Assembly: GCF_000143415.4 (NCBI RefSeq)
Contig: NW_003314306.1
Location: 402,526-466,525 of the forward strand
DNA from: Selaginella moellendorffii
Lineage: Eukaryota > Plantae > Lycopodiophyta
DNA: 64,000 nucleotides
Direction of reading: 5' to 3'
The position numbers and the translations under genes are program-made. Below, piece by piece: positions 24,927 through 36,195 of the stretch. The notes beneath the pieces are model-generated. The model worked only from the letters and a program-made list of their open reading frames with translations. It was not told the DNA's origin and did no database searches. How positions within the stretch are numbered: position 1 is the first letter of the stretch; each line of letters begins with the position of its first letter.

Positions 24927-27900
24927 AACGGGAAACCATACAAGATCACAAAGTTTTCTTAGAAAAAGTAAGGCAATAGCAAAGCATTGCAACAGGAACT
25001 ATAAAATAGCTCTATCGTATGCATCTGTAGGGTGAAAGTAGTATTAAGCTCGAGTTTGGAGCGTATATTATCAATCATTATCATACTATTATGATTGTCA
25101 TTTCTATGGCCTTACAAGCTTCAAGTTTTGGGTGGTGGTAGCACAACTGGGTATATCCCACGAGGAAACTTTGGTTCTCGTTCCGACAGCCATGCCGGAA
25201 AAGCAATAATGATTTCCAACATATAATAATGTCACACCAAAATATCACTGGAAAGAAGAACTGTGGATGGAGTGTGACGAAGAACATCAAACCAAATCTC
25301 CAACGCGACAAATCTCGCCATCTTTGAATCGGTCTGGGGTTCGAGTTTGCACCCGGCTGCCACGAAAGGGTGGAAAAGACAAGACAAGACTGAGATTTTG
25401 GACGTGGGAGGTTTTTAAAGTTTCTGGGGGTGTGGTGGTCAGGATTATTAGACGTGTGTGTGTGGCGAAATCATTAATGTGTACGAACTTTCTCTCTTTT
25501 GTAACTTTCATAACGGTAGACTGATAGATACACAAGAAAGATGAAAAGAACGCAAACGCAAACGAGACCCAAGGAAGACGACGACGAGATGACATGGTCG
25601 GTCGGACAACACCTTTGATCTCTCGCATTTGTATAGTGGATCCAAAACTTTTGCCCATCCTCGGCCAAAAACAAATCACCACCACCACCTTGAGCGATGG
25701 TGGTCAGCAGAAAAACCACAAGGCTTTGTTTAAGAGCTTTCATGTAATGTCCCAGAATCTCGCTTGGAGTCGAGGTCCAGGTGAGCTGCATTGAGAGAGA
25801 GAGAGAGAGAGATTTCAATGCCCAAGGCTCAAGCGCTTTTGGCAGTGGAGGAGTTTTTTATAAAGTGGCAAAGGCAAACCACGCATTTTGCTGGTGGCCA
25901 AGAACGTACTCCAATGTAGGCGGCATGTAGCCACTTGGACATGTAACATATGCCCAGCTTGGGTGTGTGTAATTGCCCTGTAAACATCAACAAAAGGTGG
26001 CATGCCCACTCTGGGTATATGGATCAACACACACACATGCCCCTGTGGCAAAGGTGTACCACAACAGCTATACCAATGAGAAAATCACCAGGACTCACAC
26101 AAACACACACACATACAGGTATTTGTTATTGGCCTGGCACAATTGCAGAGTCCCTGCAAGGCATAATTTGGCTGCTAGTGTGTGACAGTGTGTAGCAAAA
26201 GGTGAGCCTGGCAGCAGGCAGCACAGGAGAAGGGAGGGGATTGAGCATACAACTCAAAGTGTGAACACAAAACACACAATTAGAGAGAAATCCACTCAAG
26301 AACCCAATTCCTTGACACCGCTCTTTGCATGTGTTTGAATTGGATCAGCTTAAGTTGAAGTTTCAGTTGAATTGTTCAGTACCAGACACCCGCCAGCCAG
26401 GCCAGGCCAGGCAGCCAGCAGCAGGACAGGAGGCAGCAGCCACATTCAAAATCCAGGCCCAAACTTGATTACACACACCAAATCTTTAGATTTGTACATG
26501 AGAGAGAGAGGGTGGGGGGAAGGGTTGATATCATTTTCTATGCACTCAAGATAGATAGAGACACAGAAGGAGGTCAGTTCATCCTGAGCAGCAACATCTT
26601 TTTCATTTTTTCATTTTTCTCTCTTTTTCCTTTCTTATTTCTCTTTTCCCCTTCACAGATTAAAGGGTTTCTGAAACGAGAACCTCCTCAAGTAAGCATT
26701 TCACTTTCCACTTGCCATCTTTCACAATCCTGGCCATGAAGCAACAAATCAGAGACAAAAACCAATCTGGCACAACTGTTATTGAAACTGATGGGACAAT
26801 GGACTGATTGATACAGTAATCTCAGCTAAGCTGGGCTGTAATCCCTGCTTCCGTGGTGGAAGACACGCTGATCCGGTCCTCCTTGCCGTAGAAACAGTAC
26901 AAATTTCTCTATTCATTGTAACCTCGTTTGCTTGAGGAGCAAGGATTCATCATTCTTGCTCTCATATTTAACGTCCCGGGTGTTCTCAAAAAGATAATAC
27001 TTGACCGAGAAAGCTTCATGGTCAGTGTCTCACTCACTCATGCTTGCTTGACACCTTCCCATGTTGATTAAACCCCACTTAAAACTGTTTTAGTATTAAG
27101 AAAACAAAGCAAACCACGATGGTGGCTAGTGTTGTCCCCACACCAGAAGCAGCGAAGCAGCTCAAAGGCCAATGCGCAAAGAAAAAAAAAAAGAAAGCAA
27201 AAGCACCGAAGACAGACCAAAAGAAAAAGAAGACAAAAAAAAACTGTTTAATAATCTCTACTACATGGTTTTCAATTGAAAAGCGACTATAAGGCCCGCT
27301 TTTTCAAATAAAAACCCAGCGTGCTCAAATCCGGTGATGGATCACAAACTGCTCAAGAAAACCTCAAACCCACCAAATGCAAAGTTTAATCACCTGTCAC
27401 AGATCACCCGGATCATCTACATTCCCCGCAAAAGACAAGCCCTAAACAAAGGAATAAGTAAAGGTGGCAGACTATAGACTAAAGGTATAGAATACGGTAT
27501 CTCGTACCTTGCAAGGAATGCATAGAAGAAGGGAGCAAACATCGTTGGATTTGAGGAAGCATGAGCAGCACAACAAGAAGAAAACAAAAGGCTCGATCTT
27601 GTTTCTTGTTATCTGGGCATTTCTTTTCTCGCCACCAAAGGAGATGTTTTGTTGTTGCTGGGCATTTGCGAGCAAAAGCGCGTGTGTGTGTGTGTGTGAA
27701 AACGACGCCATAGCGCTAGGGTGGCAGAACAAAGAAGACTCCTCGTTGCTAAACAACAATGCCTTAGCTTAAACATTGTTAACTTTGGTGCTAATACGAG
27801 GACGAGGGCATCTGGAGGGATCCAAACATCCCAAAAAGAGGCATCTTTTTCGTGTTCCTTTTCTTTCTTCTTCATCGCTTTCTTCTTCTTCTCCTCCTTC

Positions 27901-28564
27901 TCTCCCTTGTTGCTACGCGGTGAGGGATTTTGCGCTTTGGCCGCATTTGCGCGCAAAGAGAAGCGACCACGCGATCGATCAATCCATCTTTTTGCCTTTT
28001 TGTTCTTCCTTTTTTTTTTGTGTGTGTTCTTGAGGGGGCGATTTGGACGTCGTGCTTACTGCTACTGGGCTGCTACTGCTGCTGCTGGGGTGCTGATGGA
28101 ACTGCTTTGTTAAATCCATCCCCGGTTTGTACTCTTGTTTTGGCGTGATTCCGAGCGAGACGATCGAAAACCCCTCGTTTGTGTGCTTGCATTGCGTAGA
28201 TATTTGCTTGCAATAGTGTCGAAGCTTTGGTGTGTCCCTGTTCCTGGGATGGGATGCCTCGTTTTCTAGAACTTGGAAATCTTTGAGTAGTTGTGCTTCT
28301 CTTGCCCCATTTTTCTTTTCCTTTCTTCTTCCTCCTTCGCTAAACAATCAAATCGCGCCGGTAGTGACGACCACTGTTGATCTGCAGGCCTTTGGTTTGC
28401 TGGAGAAGCAACGCCAGCGGCGGCGCAAGTGGATCGCCGCACAAGTAATCAATCAAATCGCTCGCAACGAGTGAAGAAGAACAAACTCACACACGGTAAA
28501 TTATAAAAACCTCTGCTTTTCCCTCTCCTTTTTGGCTTTCTTCTTCATCTGGGTCGCTAGAAAA

Positions 28565-28857
28565 ATGCCTCCTTGTTTGATCCACAGCTCCACCTCGACC
28601 ACACCACTCCAAGCAAAAAGGGATCTTGCGCGCTGGATTTCTAGATGCGGGCCGGGAAGAAGAAGAAGCTTGGACTGCTGCTAGTGGAGCAAATCCTCCT
28701 GGCGTGGCTGGATCCTTGGGCGAGATGATGACGAAGAACAGCGAGATGGAACAGCCCAAGTGACAGCGATCGATCAAATCAATCCCCATCTCTCTTGGGT
28801 CTTCTCCCGGGAGCTCTAGATATGGCCGGCGTACCAGGGGAGAAGAGCGATAGGTAG
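28565..28857 (+). promoter_or_regulatory. Chain of four upstream ORFs in the HAM leader
   Basis: ATG-initiated ORFs at 28565-28684 (39 aa), 28645-28728 (27 aa), 28725-28763 (12 aa) and 28822-28857 (11 aa), all within 360 nt of the main ATG. Confidence 0.5.
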
Positions 28858-28922
28858 ACCAAAGCGCTGTAGAAGCAGGGAGGAGGTATAGGCCCCTAGT
28901 AGCTCTGCCGGACAGAGGAAAG

Positions 28923-31865
28923 ATGCTTGGAAGTGCCCATCGGGTGGGAGAGCTCGATCACCACCATCTCCATCACTACTACCAGCAGCTCGGAGCTCTC
29001 AACAATCACTACCTGCGCGGCGGCGGCCACCAGGAGCTCCACCTCCATCGCAAGCTCGAAGATCACCACCACCAGCACCACCACTTCAATCTTCTCGGCG
29101 GAGCTCCATTCTCCGCAGCAAGCGGGAGCCTGTATGGTGGTGGCGCTGCCGTGGAGCCAACCTCCGTGCTGGATCTGTGGAGCCCGAGCCCGAGCTCCAA
29201 AGGTGGCGGCTGCTGCTCTGGACTATCCTCCTCGGGGGGTCTCAACGATCACGCCGCCGCCAGGCTCGCCGCCACCACCGCCGCCGCCGCTGGGCACCAC
29301 GGATCGCCCTCTTCCTTCGATGATAACCGGAGCAACACGAGCGAGAAGAGCGTGGAGGCGGCGCGGAGGTTTCTGGACCAGGAGGAGGAGGAGCAGCGGC
29401 GGAAGAACAGCAAGAGCGCCAAGAACACCGCCGTGAGTAGCAGGCTCGTGGTAGCGGCGGCGGCGGGGGGATGGAAGAGCGGCGAAGAGGAGGAGGAAGC
29501 GGCGGCGAGGAGGTCGAGAGACAAGAGCTTGGACGAATGGCTGGCGGATCTCCAGCAGCAGAAGCTCCACATCCCGCCGGCGGCGGAGGAGGAGCTGGAG
29601 CTCACGAGCAACAACAGGGGAGTGTTCTTCCAGTCGCCGCCAGCGTGCTCGTCGTCCAACACCGGGAGCCACAGGCCGGGAGAGATCGAGGTGGAAATCT
29701 TCCCTCCGCCACCACCGCCACCGCCACCGATCGATCAAGTCCACGCCCAGCAGCAGTATGGAATGGAGGAACTCGAGAGGATGCTCCTCTCGCCTTCCTC
29801 CGGGGGAATGGGAGGAGCCGCCGCTGCCGCGAATCAGCACCACCAGCAGCTCGCGAAGTGGCTCCTGGGCGATGCCGCGCAACAGGATCATCACTTCTTC
29901 CCAGCGATCCCGGCAAAGGAGGAGGAGCCGTTGTTCTTCCCGCAAGCATCGGCCCCCAATCCATCGCTCGCATTTCCCGCGTCCCGGCATTTGCCGCTGG
30001 CGATCCAGCCGCAGCCATCGCTCCTCTCCCCTCCGCGGCCGAGGATCATCCAGCAGCACCAAGACGTCGGCCTGGAGCAGCTCTTCCACCCCGTGGATCC
30101 GCCCCATTTCGCAGCAAATCCCGGGCCGGGGCACGAGCTCCGATCGATCGATCGGTCGCCTAGCAGGAATTTCCAGGCGCAGCAGCAGCAGGGGCTGGAA
30201 TCCCCGGGATGGGAGCTAGATCGCAAGAGGAAGGAGCACTACCCCGAAATTCCCGATCTTTCTTCCAAGAACCGGGCACCCTACAGCTCCTCGGCATTCG
30301 CAGTGCCGCTGGCAGTGGAATCTCGCTCGATCTCGCCATGGCAGCAGCAGCAGCGGCAAGAATTCCAAGAACACCACCGGGATCTCCCGCCAAACCCTAA
30401 GCTCCAGTGCGTGCGCGGCGGCGGGGACGATCGCCATCGCCATGGCCGCGGCGGCAGCGGCAGCGGCAGCGGCAACGGCAGGGATCCCAGCGCCATCGCA
30501 TTTGGATCGGGATTTGGCAGCGGCGCCCCTGTGGCGGCGAGCTCCAATCCAGGCGGAGGAGGCGCAGGGGCAGGGATTCCAAGCGTACTATCGGTGCCGG
30601 ATGAGGGGCTGGGGCTCATGGATCAGCTCCTCCATCTCGCACAGGCCATCGACGTTGGGAGCAATCACGTTGCTCAGTCGATATTGGCGCGGCTCAATCA
30701 GCATTTGTTCTGTCACCAGGGCAAACGCATCCAGCGTTTGGCCTTCTACTTCAAGGAGGCCCTCGCAGCGCGGATGATCGATCATCATCCCGCCACCACC
30801 ACCACCACGACCACCACCTCCGCCACCACCACCACCGCCACTCCGGCGGAGATTTTCGCCAAGGTCAGGGCCTACACCAGCTTCTGCGAGATCTCCCCGC
30901 TCCTCCGCTTCGCCTATCTATCCGCCAACCAGGCGATCCTCGAGGCGATCCAGGGCGAGGCCAGCGTCCACATTGTGGATTTCGACCCCGGGTTTGGCAG
31001 CCAGTGGGCGGCGCTACTGGAGGATGTCGCAAGAACGCCGGCGGCGCTGCCACAGCCCCGGTTGCGGCTGACGCTAGTGGGGCCGGACCCGGCGCGGCTG
31101 GGGTTCGTGGTGGAGAGCCTCCGGGAGTTCGCGGGGGAGCTCCAGTTGCGGCATACGCCTCAGTTTGGGCTGGTCCAGTGCGCCTCAGCCGGGGAGATGA
31201 CGGCGCCGCTGCTGGGGCTGACTGACGGGGAGCCGGTGGTGGTCAACTTTATGTTCAGCCTCCACCGGTCGCTTGGGGCGCGGGGCGGTACGGACGCGGC
31301 CGTCAGCGCCGTCATGACGGCGTCGCCCCGGCTGGTCACCATCGCGGAGGAGGAGGTGGACGACAATGACGGCAAATTCCAGCGGAGGTTCGTGGAGACG
31401 CTGCAGTACTACGCGTTTGTGCTGGACTCGCTGGGGCCCGAGGACGGCGCGGGGGTGCTCACCGTGGAGAAGGATATTCTGTCGCCCGGGATCGCTAACG
31501 CCGTCAGCCTGGAGGGCGCTCGGCGTACCGAGAGGCACGAGAGGCTGGCGCAGTGGAGGGCCCGGTTGGGGCGCGGGGGCCTGGAACCGGTCCCCATGGG
31601 CGAGGCGGCGAGAATGCAGGCCGAGTGCTTGATCAAGGGCCACTCCCACGGGAAGAACTTTGAGGTTTGCCGGGACGAGGGAGGGCTGCTCTTGGGGTGG
31701 CAGGGAAAGCCTTTGGTCGCGGTTTCGTCGTGGACTCCCGCGAGTTCTTCCTCGGCGGTGGAAGGATCGAACAACATCAACAACAGCTTGATCAACAATT
31801 CGATCATCATCAGTTCCAGCGTTTCGAATTCCAACATCGCCAACAACAACAACAACAAGTGCTGA
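28923..31865 (+). CDS. HAM: GRAS transcription regulator, HAM/SCL6 subfamily (intronless, 980 aa)
   Basis: N-terminal EPTSVLD..SPSP motif, ILARLNQHL, RLAFYFKEAL, VHIVDFD, RTERHE and the SSW (SAW) motif, plus a miR171 site. Confidence 0.95.
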   Translation: MLGSAHRVGELDHHHLHHYYQQLGALNNHYLRGGGHQELHLHRKLEDHHHQHHHFNLLGGAPFSAASGSLYGGGAAVEPTSVLDLWSPSPSSKGGGCCSGLSSSGGLNDHAAARLAATTAAAAGHHGSPSSFDDNRSNTSEKSVEAARRFLDQEEEEQRRKNSKSAKNTAVSSRLVVAAAAGGWKSGEEEEEAAARRSRDKSLDEWLADLQQQKLHIPPAAEEELELTSNNRGVFFQSPPACSSSNTGSHRPGEIEVEIFPPPPPPPPPIDQVHAQQQYGMEELERMLLSPSSGGMGGAAAAANQHHQQLAKWLLGDAAQQDHHFFPAIPAKEEEPLFFPQASAPNPSLAFPASRHLPLAIQPQPSLLSPPRPRIIQQHQDVGLEQLFHPVDPPHFAANPGPGHELRSIDRSPSRNFQAQQQQGLESPGWELDRKRKEHYPEIPDLSSKNRAPYSSSAFAVPLAVESRSISPWQQQQRQEFQEHHRDLPPNPKLQCVRGGGDDRHRHGRGGSGSGSGNGRDPSAIAFGSGFGSGAPVAASSNPGGGGAGAGIPSVLSVPDEGLGLMDQLLHLAQAIDVGSNHVAQSILARLNQHLFCHQGKRIQRLAFYFKEALAARMIDHHPATTTTTTTTSATTTTATPAEIFAKVRAYTSFCEISPLLRFAYLSANQAILEAIQGEASVHIVDFDPGFGSQWAALLEDVARTPAALPQPRLRLTLVGPDPARLGFVVESLREFAGELQLRHTPQFGLVQCASAGEMTAPLLGLTDGEPVVVNFMFSLHRSLGARGGTDAAVSAVMTASPRLVTIAEEEVDDNDGKFQRRFVETLQYYAFVLDSLGPEDGAGVLTVEKDILSPGIANAVSLEGARRTERHERLAQWRARLGRGGLEPVPMGEAARMQAECLIKGHSHGKNFEVCRDEGGLLLGWQGKPLVAVSSWTPASSSSAVEGSNNINNSLINNSIIISSSVSNSNIANNNNNKC
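30680..30700 (+). promoter_or_regulatory. miR171 target site
   Basis: GATATTGGCGCGGCTCAATCA is the perfect complement of miR171 UGAUUGAGCCGCGCCAAUAUC. Confidence 0.97.
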
Positions 31866-32348
31866 TTGGTATCAAACATCATCACCACCAAAGTTTCCAG
31901 GTTCAAAGTTTTCTTCGAAGTTCCTTCCAACTTTTTTGGTGGCTCAGCTGTCTCTTTTTTTCGTTCTTTTCGTTTTCCTTGTTTTCCTTGTTTTCCTTGT
32001 TTTGTTGTTTTGCTTTTGACACTGCAGCACAGCAGCAGCAGCTCTCTGTTTTTGCTGTTTCCTGCTGTGGAAGCTCCAGCAAAAAAAAAAAAGCGCAAAA
32101 AGAGTTTCTTCTTTTCCAGCAATACATTTTATGTGTAGAGTAGTTTATCCGTGCTACGGTCTCTTTCTAAGAAACTAACGAAAGAAACTTGGCAGTATTT
32201 TGTAGATATACTCTTGGAAAAAGTCTGAAAGTCTTCCAAGAAAGGAGAAAAGGAAAATACGATCCATTTTCTTCAAACCTTTTTTTTATAAAAAAATTCC
32301 CTTTGGAAACGAAGAGAAAAATTCCATTTACCAGACTTCTTACCCGAG

Positions 32349-33941
32349 CTATAGAAAAACTGTCTCCTGGTCGAGTCCCTGGTACTGGAGTAGCTCCCTC
32401 GAGCAAAACCCCGGATCCAAAAACTGTGCTACAAACTCCCAAAGCTGAAACACGTCCCTGAAAGTTGTGACAAGTCCCAGCGTCGCACAGAGAACGCTCT
32501 GGACGCTTGAGGACGAGGCCTCCAGCTTTCTCACGCAAAAGTAGGAGTTTTCCTCCATCGCTGCTGGCCGAGCTTGGATCGCTCCAGTCCCCAGAGAGAT
32601 GTTGGACCTATTTGCGAGCCTCTGGACGAGCTCCGGATCCAAGAACTCGCCGGAGTGGTCCGAGAGGCTGAAGGCTAGAGCCGGGCCGGAGTCCTCGGGG
32701 CTGTGGATGGTAACGAGTCCTGGACGGCCCGGCGATGGATGCCGGAGTAGCAGCAGCGAAGCTCTCAGCCAGCCGAGTAGCGAGTCCTGTCTCATGCTTG
32801 CGAGCTTGGCCAGCTTCTCGGCGTGATGGAGGCCATGGAAGCTGGAAGCTCTCGACGTAGAGTAGTAGTATCTCGTTGCTTGGAACTCGGATGATCTCGT
32901 CAACTTTACCGACGCACTGACGGATTCTTTGAGCGGCTTTGGCTTGGCAACTTCCAGCCTCCGCTGTGGATTCATTCCATTGTCTTTTCTAGAGCTCAAG
33001 CTCGCTGCTGCGTCGTAGCTCTCGGATTTCTGCTTAAAGCTCTCTGGAACTTGGAGAAAACTGCTATGAGCTTTCACAACTTTCACCATCCCGGCAGCAC
33101 GGCCTCCAGAGCAATCGCCCAGCATGAATTTTTTCACGACGAGGCATCCAAAGCCCGTTGGATCCATCCCAAACACTTTGTAGAAGGAGCCAACGAGAAA
33201 ATCTGGAGATAATCCTGCTAAGTCCATGGACGAGCTCGCAGCTCCAATCCCAGAGACGTCGAGAAGAACGCACCAGCCATTATCCCGAGCTTCCTTGATC
33301 CACTCTACCGAGTTCTTGGTTCCTGTCACCCTGGAAACTATCGGATACGCGAAGAGCCCCTTGAATTCCCGCTTGTGCTTCTTAAGTTTCCTTTGCAGGC
33401 TCCTTCGATCGATACCAAAACCGGTGCTGGAAAGAGTGGCATGCACAACCTTGGCACCGGTAGCGCGAGCGCTCTCTTCGATCCTGCTCAAGCCTTCGTT
33501 CTTAAAGTCATAGCCGAGGAGAATCCGGTCAAAGTGGAAAGAATCGACCAAGAGCCGCAGCGCCGAGCAAGAATCCGCCGCGAAGACGATGGAGTAGTCC
33601 CGCTCGTCCAGCCCGAGGTGAGCTAAGATCCTGGCTCGCATCGTCCCTTCGATCGAGCGGGAGTCCTCGTAGAGCGCGTGAGAGACGAGGCTTGTCGGCG
33701 CATAAGCCAGCGCGAAGTTTTGGTGCTCGCGCGAGGAAAAGATCCCAGTCCCGCCATAGTCGAAGCAAGCATGGCGATCTTCGTCCAGGTGCGGATACTC
33801 CGTCCTCCTGACGCTGTCGATAGCGCAGGTTGCTTGGTACTCCGGATAGAGCTCGAGGAATGCGGCCTGGGCCGAGTGGAGATCGGGCAAATCCTCCCAT
33901 ACCAAGCCCATTGATGGATCTCGTCGCTCTCTCTGTAGCAT
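32349..33941 (-). CDS. PLP-dependent transferase, molybdenum cofactor sulfurase N-terminal-like (aminotransferase class V fold)
   Basis: 530-aa single-exon ORF. Motifs: FLELYPEYQAT..IDSVRRTEYPHL, CFDYGGTGIFS, SRVTG, PDFLVGSFYKVFG.DPTGFGCL (PLP lysine), LVQRLANRSNISLG, LWEFVAQFLD. Confidence 0.9.
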   Translation of the reverse strand: MLQRERRDPSMGLVWEDLPDLHSAQAAFLELYPEYQATCAIDSVRRTEYPHLDEDRHACFDYGGTGIFSSREHQNFALAYAPTSLVSHALYEDSRSIEGTMRARILAHLGLDERDYSIVFAADSCSALRLLVDSFHFDRILLGYDFKNEGLSRIEESARATGAKVVHATLSSTGFGIDRRSLQRKLKKHKREFKGLFAYPIVSRVTGTKNSVEWIKEARDNGWCVLLDVSGIGAASSSMDLAGLSPDFLVGSFYKVFGMDPTGFGCLVVKKFMLGDCSGGRAAGMVKVVKAHSSFLQVPESFKQKSESYDAAASLSSRKDNGMNPQRRLEVAKPKPLKESVSASVKLTRSSEFQATRYYYSTSRASSFHGLHHAEKLAKLASMRQDSLLGWLRASLLLLRHPSPGRPGLVTIHSPEDSGPALAFSLSDHSGEFLDPELVQRLANRSNISLGTGAIQARPAAMEENSYFCVRKLEASSSSVQSVLCATLGLVTTFRDVFQLWEFVAQFLDPGFCSRELLQYQGLDQETVFL

Positions 33942-34999
33942 CTAACGGGATTTTCTAGAAGAATACCTCATCGCACTGCTCGATCGAGTCGTGGCGCATT
34001 GATCACAATGCCAGGCCAGCGCGACGACTCCATCCAATGCGTGTGGCTCGACGCAGCAAACGAAGACCTACAAACTTTCAAAGTCAACAATGAGGAATCA
34101 GCCCTAATTTTAAAATTTAGGGCATACCGGGAAGAGCCCTAAAACCAGAGGAAGGGCGAAAAGTCACTGCGGGAATCGACCGGATTCCCTTGCAGTCCGA
34201 CTGGAGCTGAAATTCGATCGCTCGCAATCACACAAAGATGGCTAGAAACTTAATAAAAAGAAGGGGGCGCATATCTATAATCCCGAAGAAGATGCTTCCC
34301 CCACTTCCTAAATGCGCAAAGAAAACTTTATATAGCGGCCTTTGCTATAAAACTAGGGCTCTTGCGACTCCCCGGTGGTGTGTGTGTGTTCTCCATACAG
34401 TAGTTTGTAGTTTGTAGTGTGAGAGGGAGAGAGAGAGAGAGAGAGAAAAAAAGGGAGGGCTCATCAAATCTATGAGAGTATCATTTGTCTCTAGGAGTTT
34501 TCTCGATCGCTCACGCCACTGATACGCCACACACTTCTCCGCCCAAAGGAAGATTACTGCGACACACACACACACCCACCAGTGAGTTCTAGAGCGAGTG
34601 TGAGCGGTGTGGCTGGAAAGAGGAGGCCGCAAGCGTGGCGCACACATGAAACGATCGATCATCACGCATTTGTTGTGATAACTGATTGATTCCTTCGCTT
34701 TCGCCTCCAATTCGCCGTAACCCCCCCTCTCTCTCTCTCTCATTTGTTTTGCTCTTGGCTCTTTCGGTACAATTGCAAACCGCCACCAAGCTGGTGTTTT
34801 CTTCTTCGTCGTCGTCGTCCTCTTCTTCCTTCGCTCGTTTCCCATCTCTTGATCTTCCAGCGATCTCTTTCGCTTTACGATCTTTCCAGATCTCACCATC
34901 TAGTGTTTTTGTTGTAGTTCTTCTTTTGCTCTAGTTGCTAGCATCCAAATTGAGTGATCGTGCGCGAGCCATCGCTCGCAGCGAGAGTCGGCCAAGACC

Positions 35000-36195
35000 A
35001 TGGTTTGGAGCAGATCGATGCTGGACGCGGTTCTTGTACCCGTCGCGATCCTCATCATCGTCGCCTATCACATTTTTCTCCTGTACAAGATCAGAAAGGA
35101 CCCGCTCCAGACCGTGATCGGCATCAACAACATCGCCAAACGCGCCTGGGTGCGCAGTATCATGAAGGTACACACTCCCACTCCTCAGCATTCGCTCCTC
35201 TTTGCAAATTTGAAATGCTTCTCTCTCTGCAATGTCGAAATGGGTCCGGCAATTCGGGCGAATTCCCGAGATTGGATCACAGCCCACGTCCGATCTCTGT
35301 ACTGGGTCCTGGAATCCAGTGTTACCAACCAGAAATGTGGCATCGCTCCAGTTGTGGGTGGCAATCCCACAAGGCACATCAAGAACATAGCCTTCGCCTT
35401 TGCTGCGCAGCAGTTTTTTTCTTGTCTTTGCCCATTAAGTGCGTAACGGATTGGATCGCAATTGTGGGAGAGAATTTGGGCCTGTGTTTGGTAAAGATGC
35501 GCCACCTTTTTCCGCTTTTTTGCTTGCGTGCATGGGTTCTTTAATGCAGAAAAATGGAAGCTAGAATCAAACCTTTCCCTCTCTCACGCACACACACGAA
35601 ATGCGCTGGATCGATTAGTCACTACTAACCGAGATGCTTTGCCTGGCAGGACATGGACAAGAAGAATATCCTTGCCGTCCAGACGCTGCGAAACTCCATC
35701 ATGGCCTCGACGCTCATGGCGTCCACCGCGATCCTCCTCACCTCGGGCGTCGCCGCCTTCCTTAGCAGCAACTATTCCGTCAAGCGCCCGCTCGAGAGCG
35801 CCGTCTATGGCGCCAGGGACGATTTCTCCGTCGCCGTGAAGTTCCTCTCGCTGCTCGCATGCTTCCTCTTCTCCTTCCTTTGCTACATGCAATCCATCCG
35901 CTTCGTCAACAACGTGAACTACCTCATCAACGTCCCACCCTCGTACGGGTCCCCGCTGATCACGCCGGAGTTCGTGGGCGATGTTCTCGTACGGGGTTTT
36001 GCGTTCTACAGCATCGGGACGAGGGCGTTTTACGTGGCGTTCCCGCTGCTGCTGTGGATCTATGGCCCGATCCCGGTGCTGCTCTGCTCGATCGCGCTCG
36101 TCCCAGTGCTCTACCATCTGGATGTTAGTGGGGATGTGGTGGGAGCTGTTCGTGATGTGGACGAGAAGCCTGTGAATCAACAGTTCATGGTGTGA
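35000..36195 (+). CDS. DUF599 family membrane protein (exons 35000-35167, 35650-36195)
   Basis: LDAVLVP..AYHIFLLYKIRKDPLQTVIGIN..WVRSIMK|DMDKKNILAVQTLRNSIMASTLMASTAILL..FYVAFPLLLWIYGPIP, joined by a phase-0 GT-AG intron. Confidence 0.92.

Noticed and set aside
26930-27065. Short inverted repeats (GAGCAAG..CTTGCTC; TGACC..GGTCA)
   Set aside because: Stems are too short for a miRNA precursor and match no family I know.
28927-32143. Many overlapping ORFs (up to 303 aa) on both strands of HAM
   Set aside because: Low stop frequency in GC-rich triplet repeats; translations are low-complexity.
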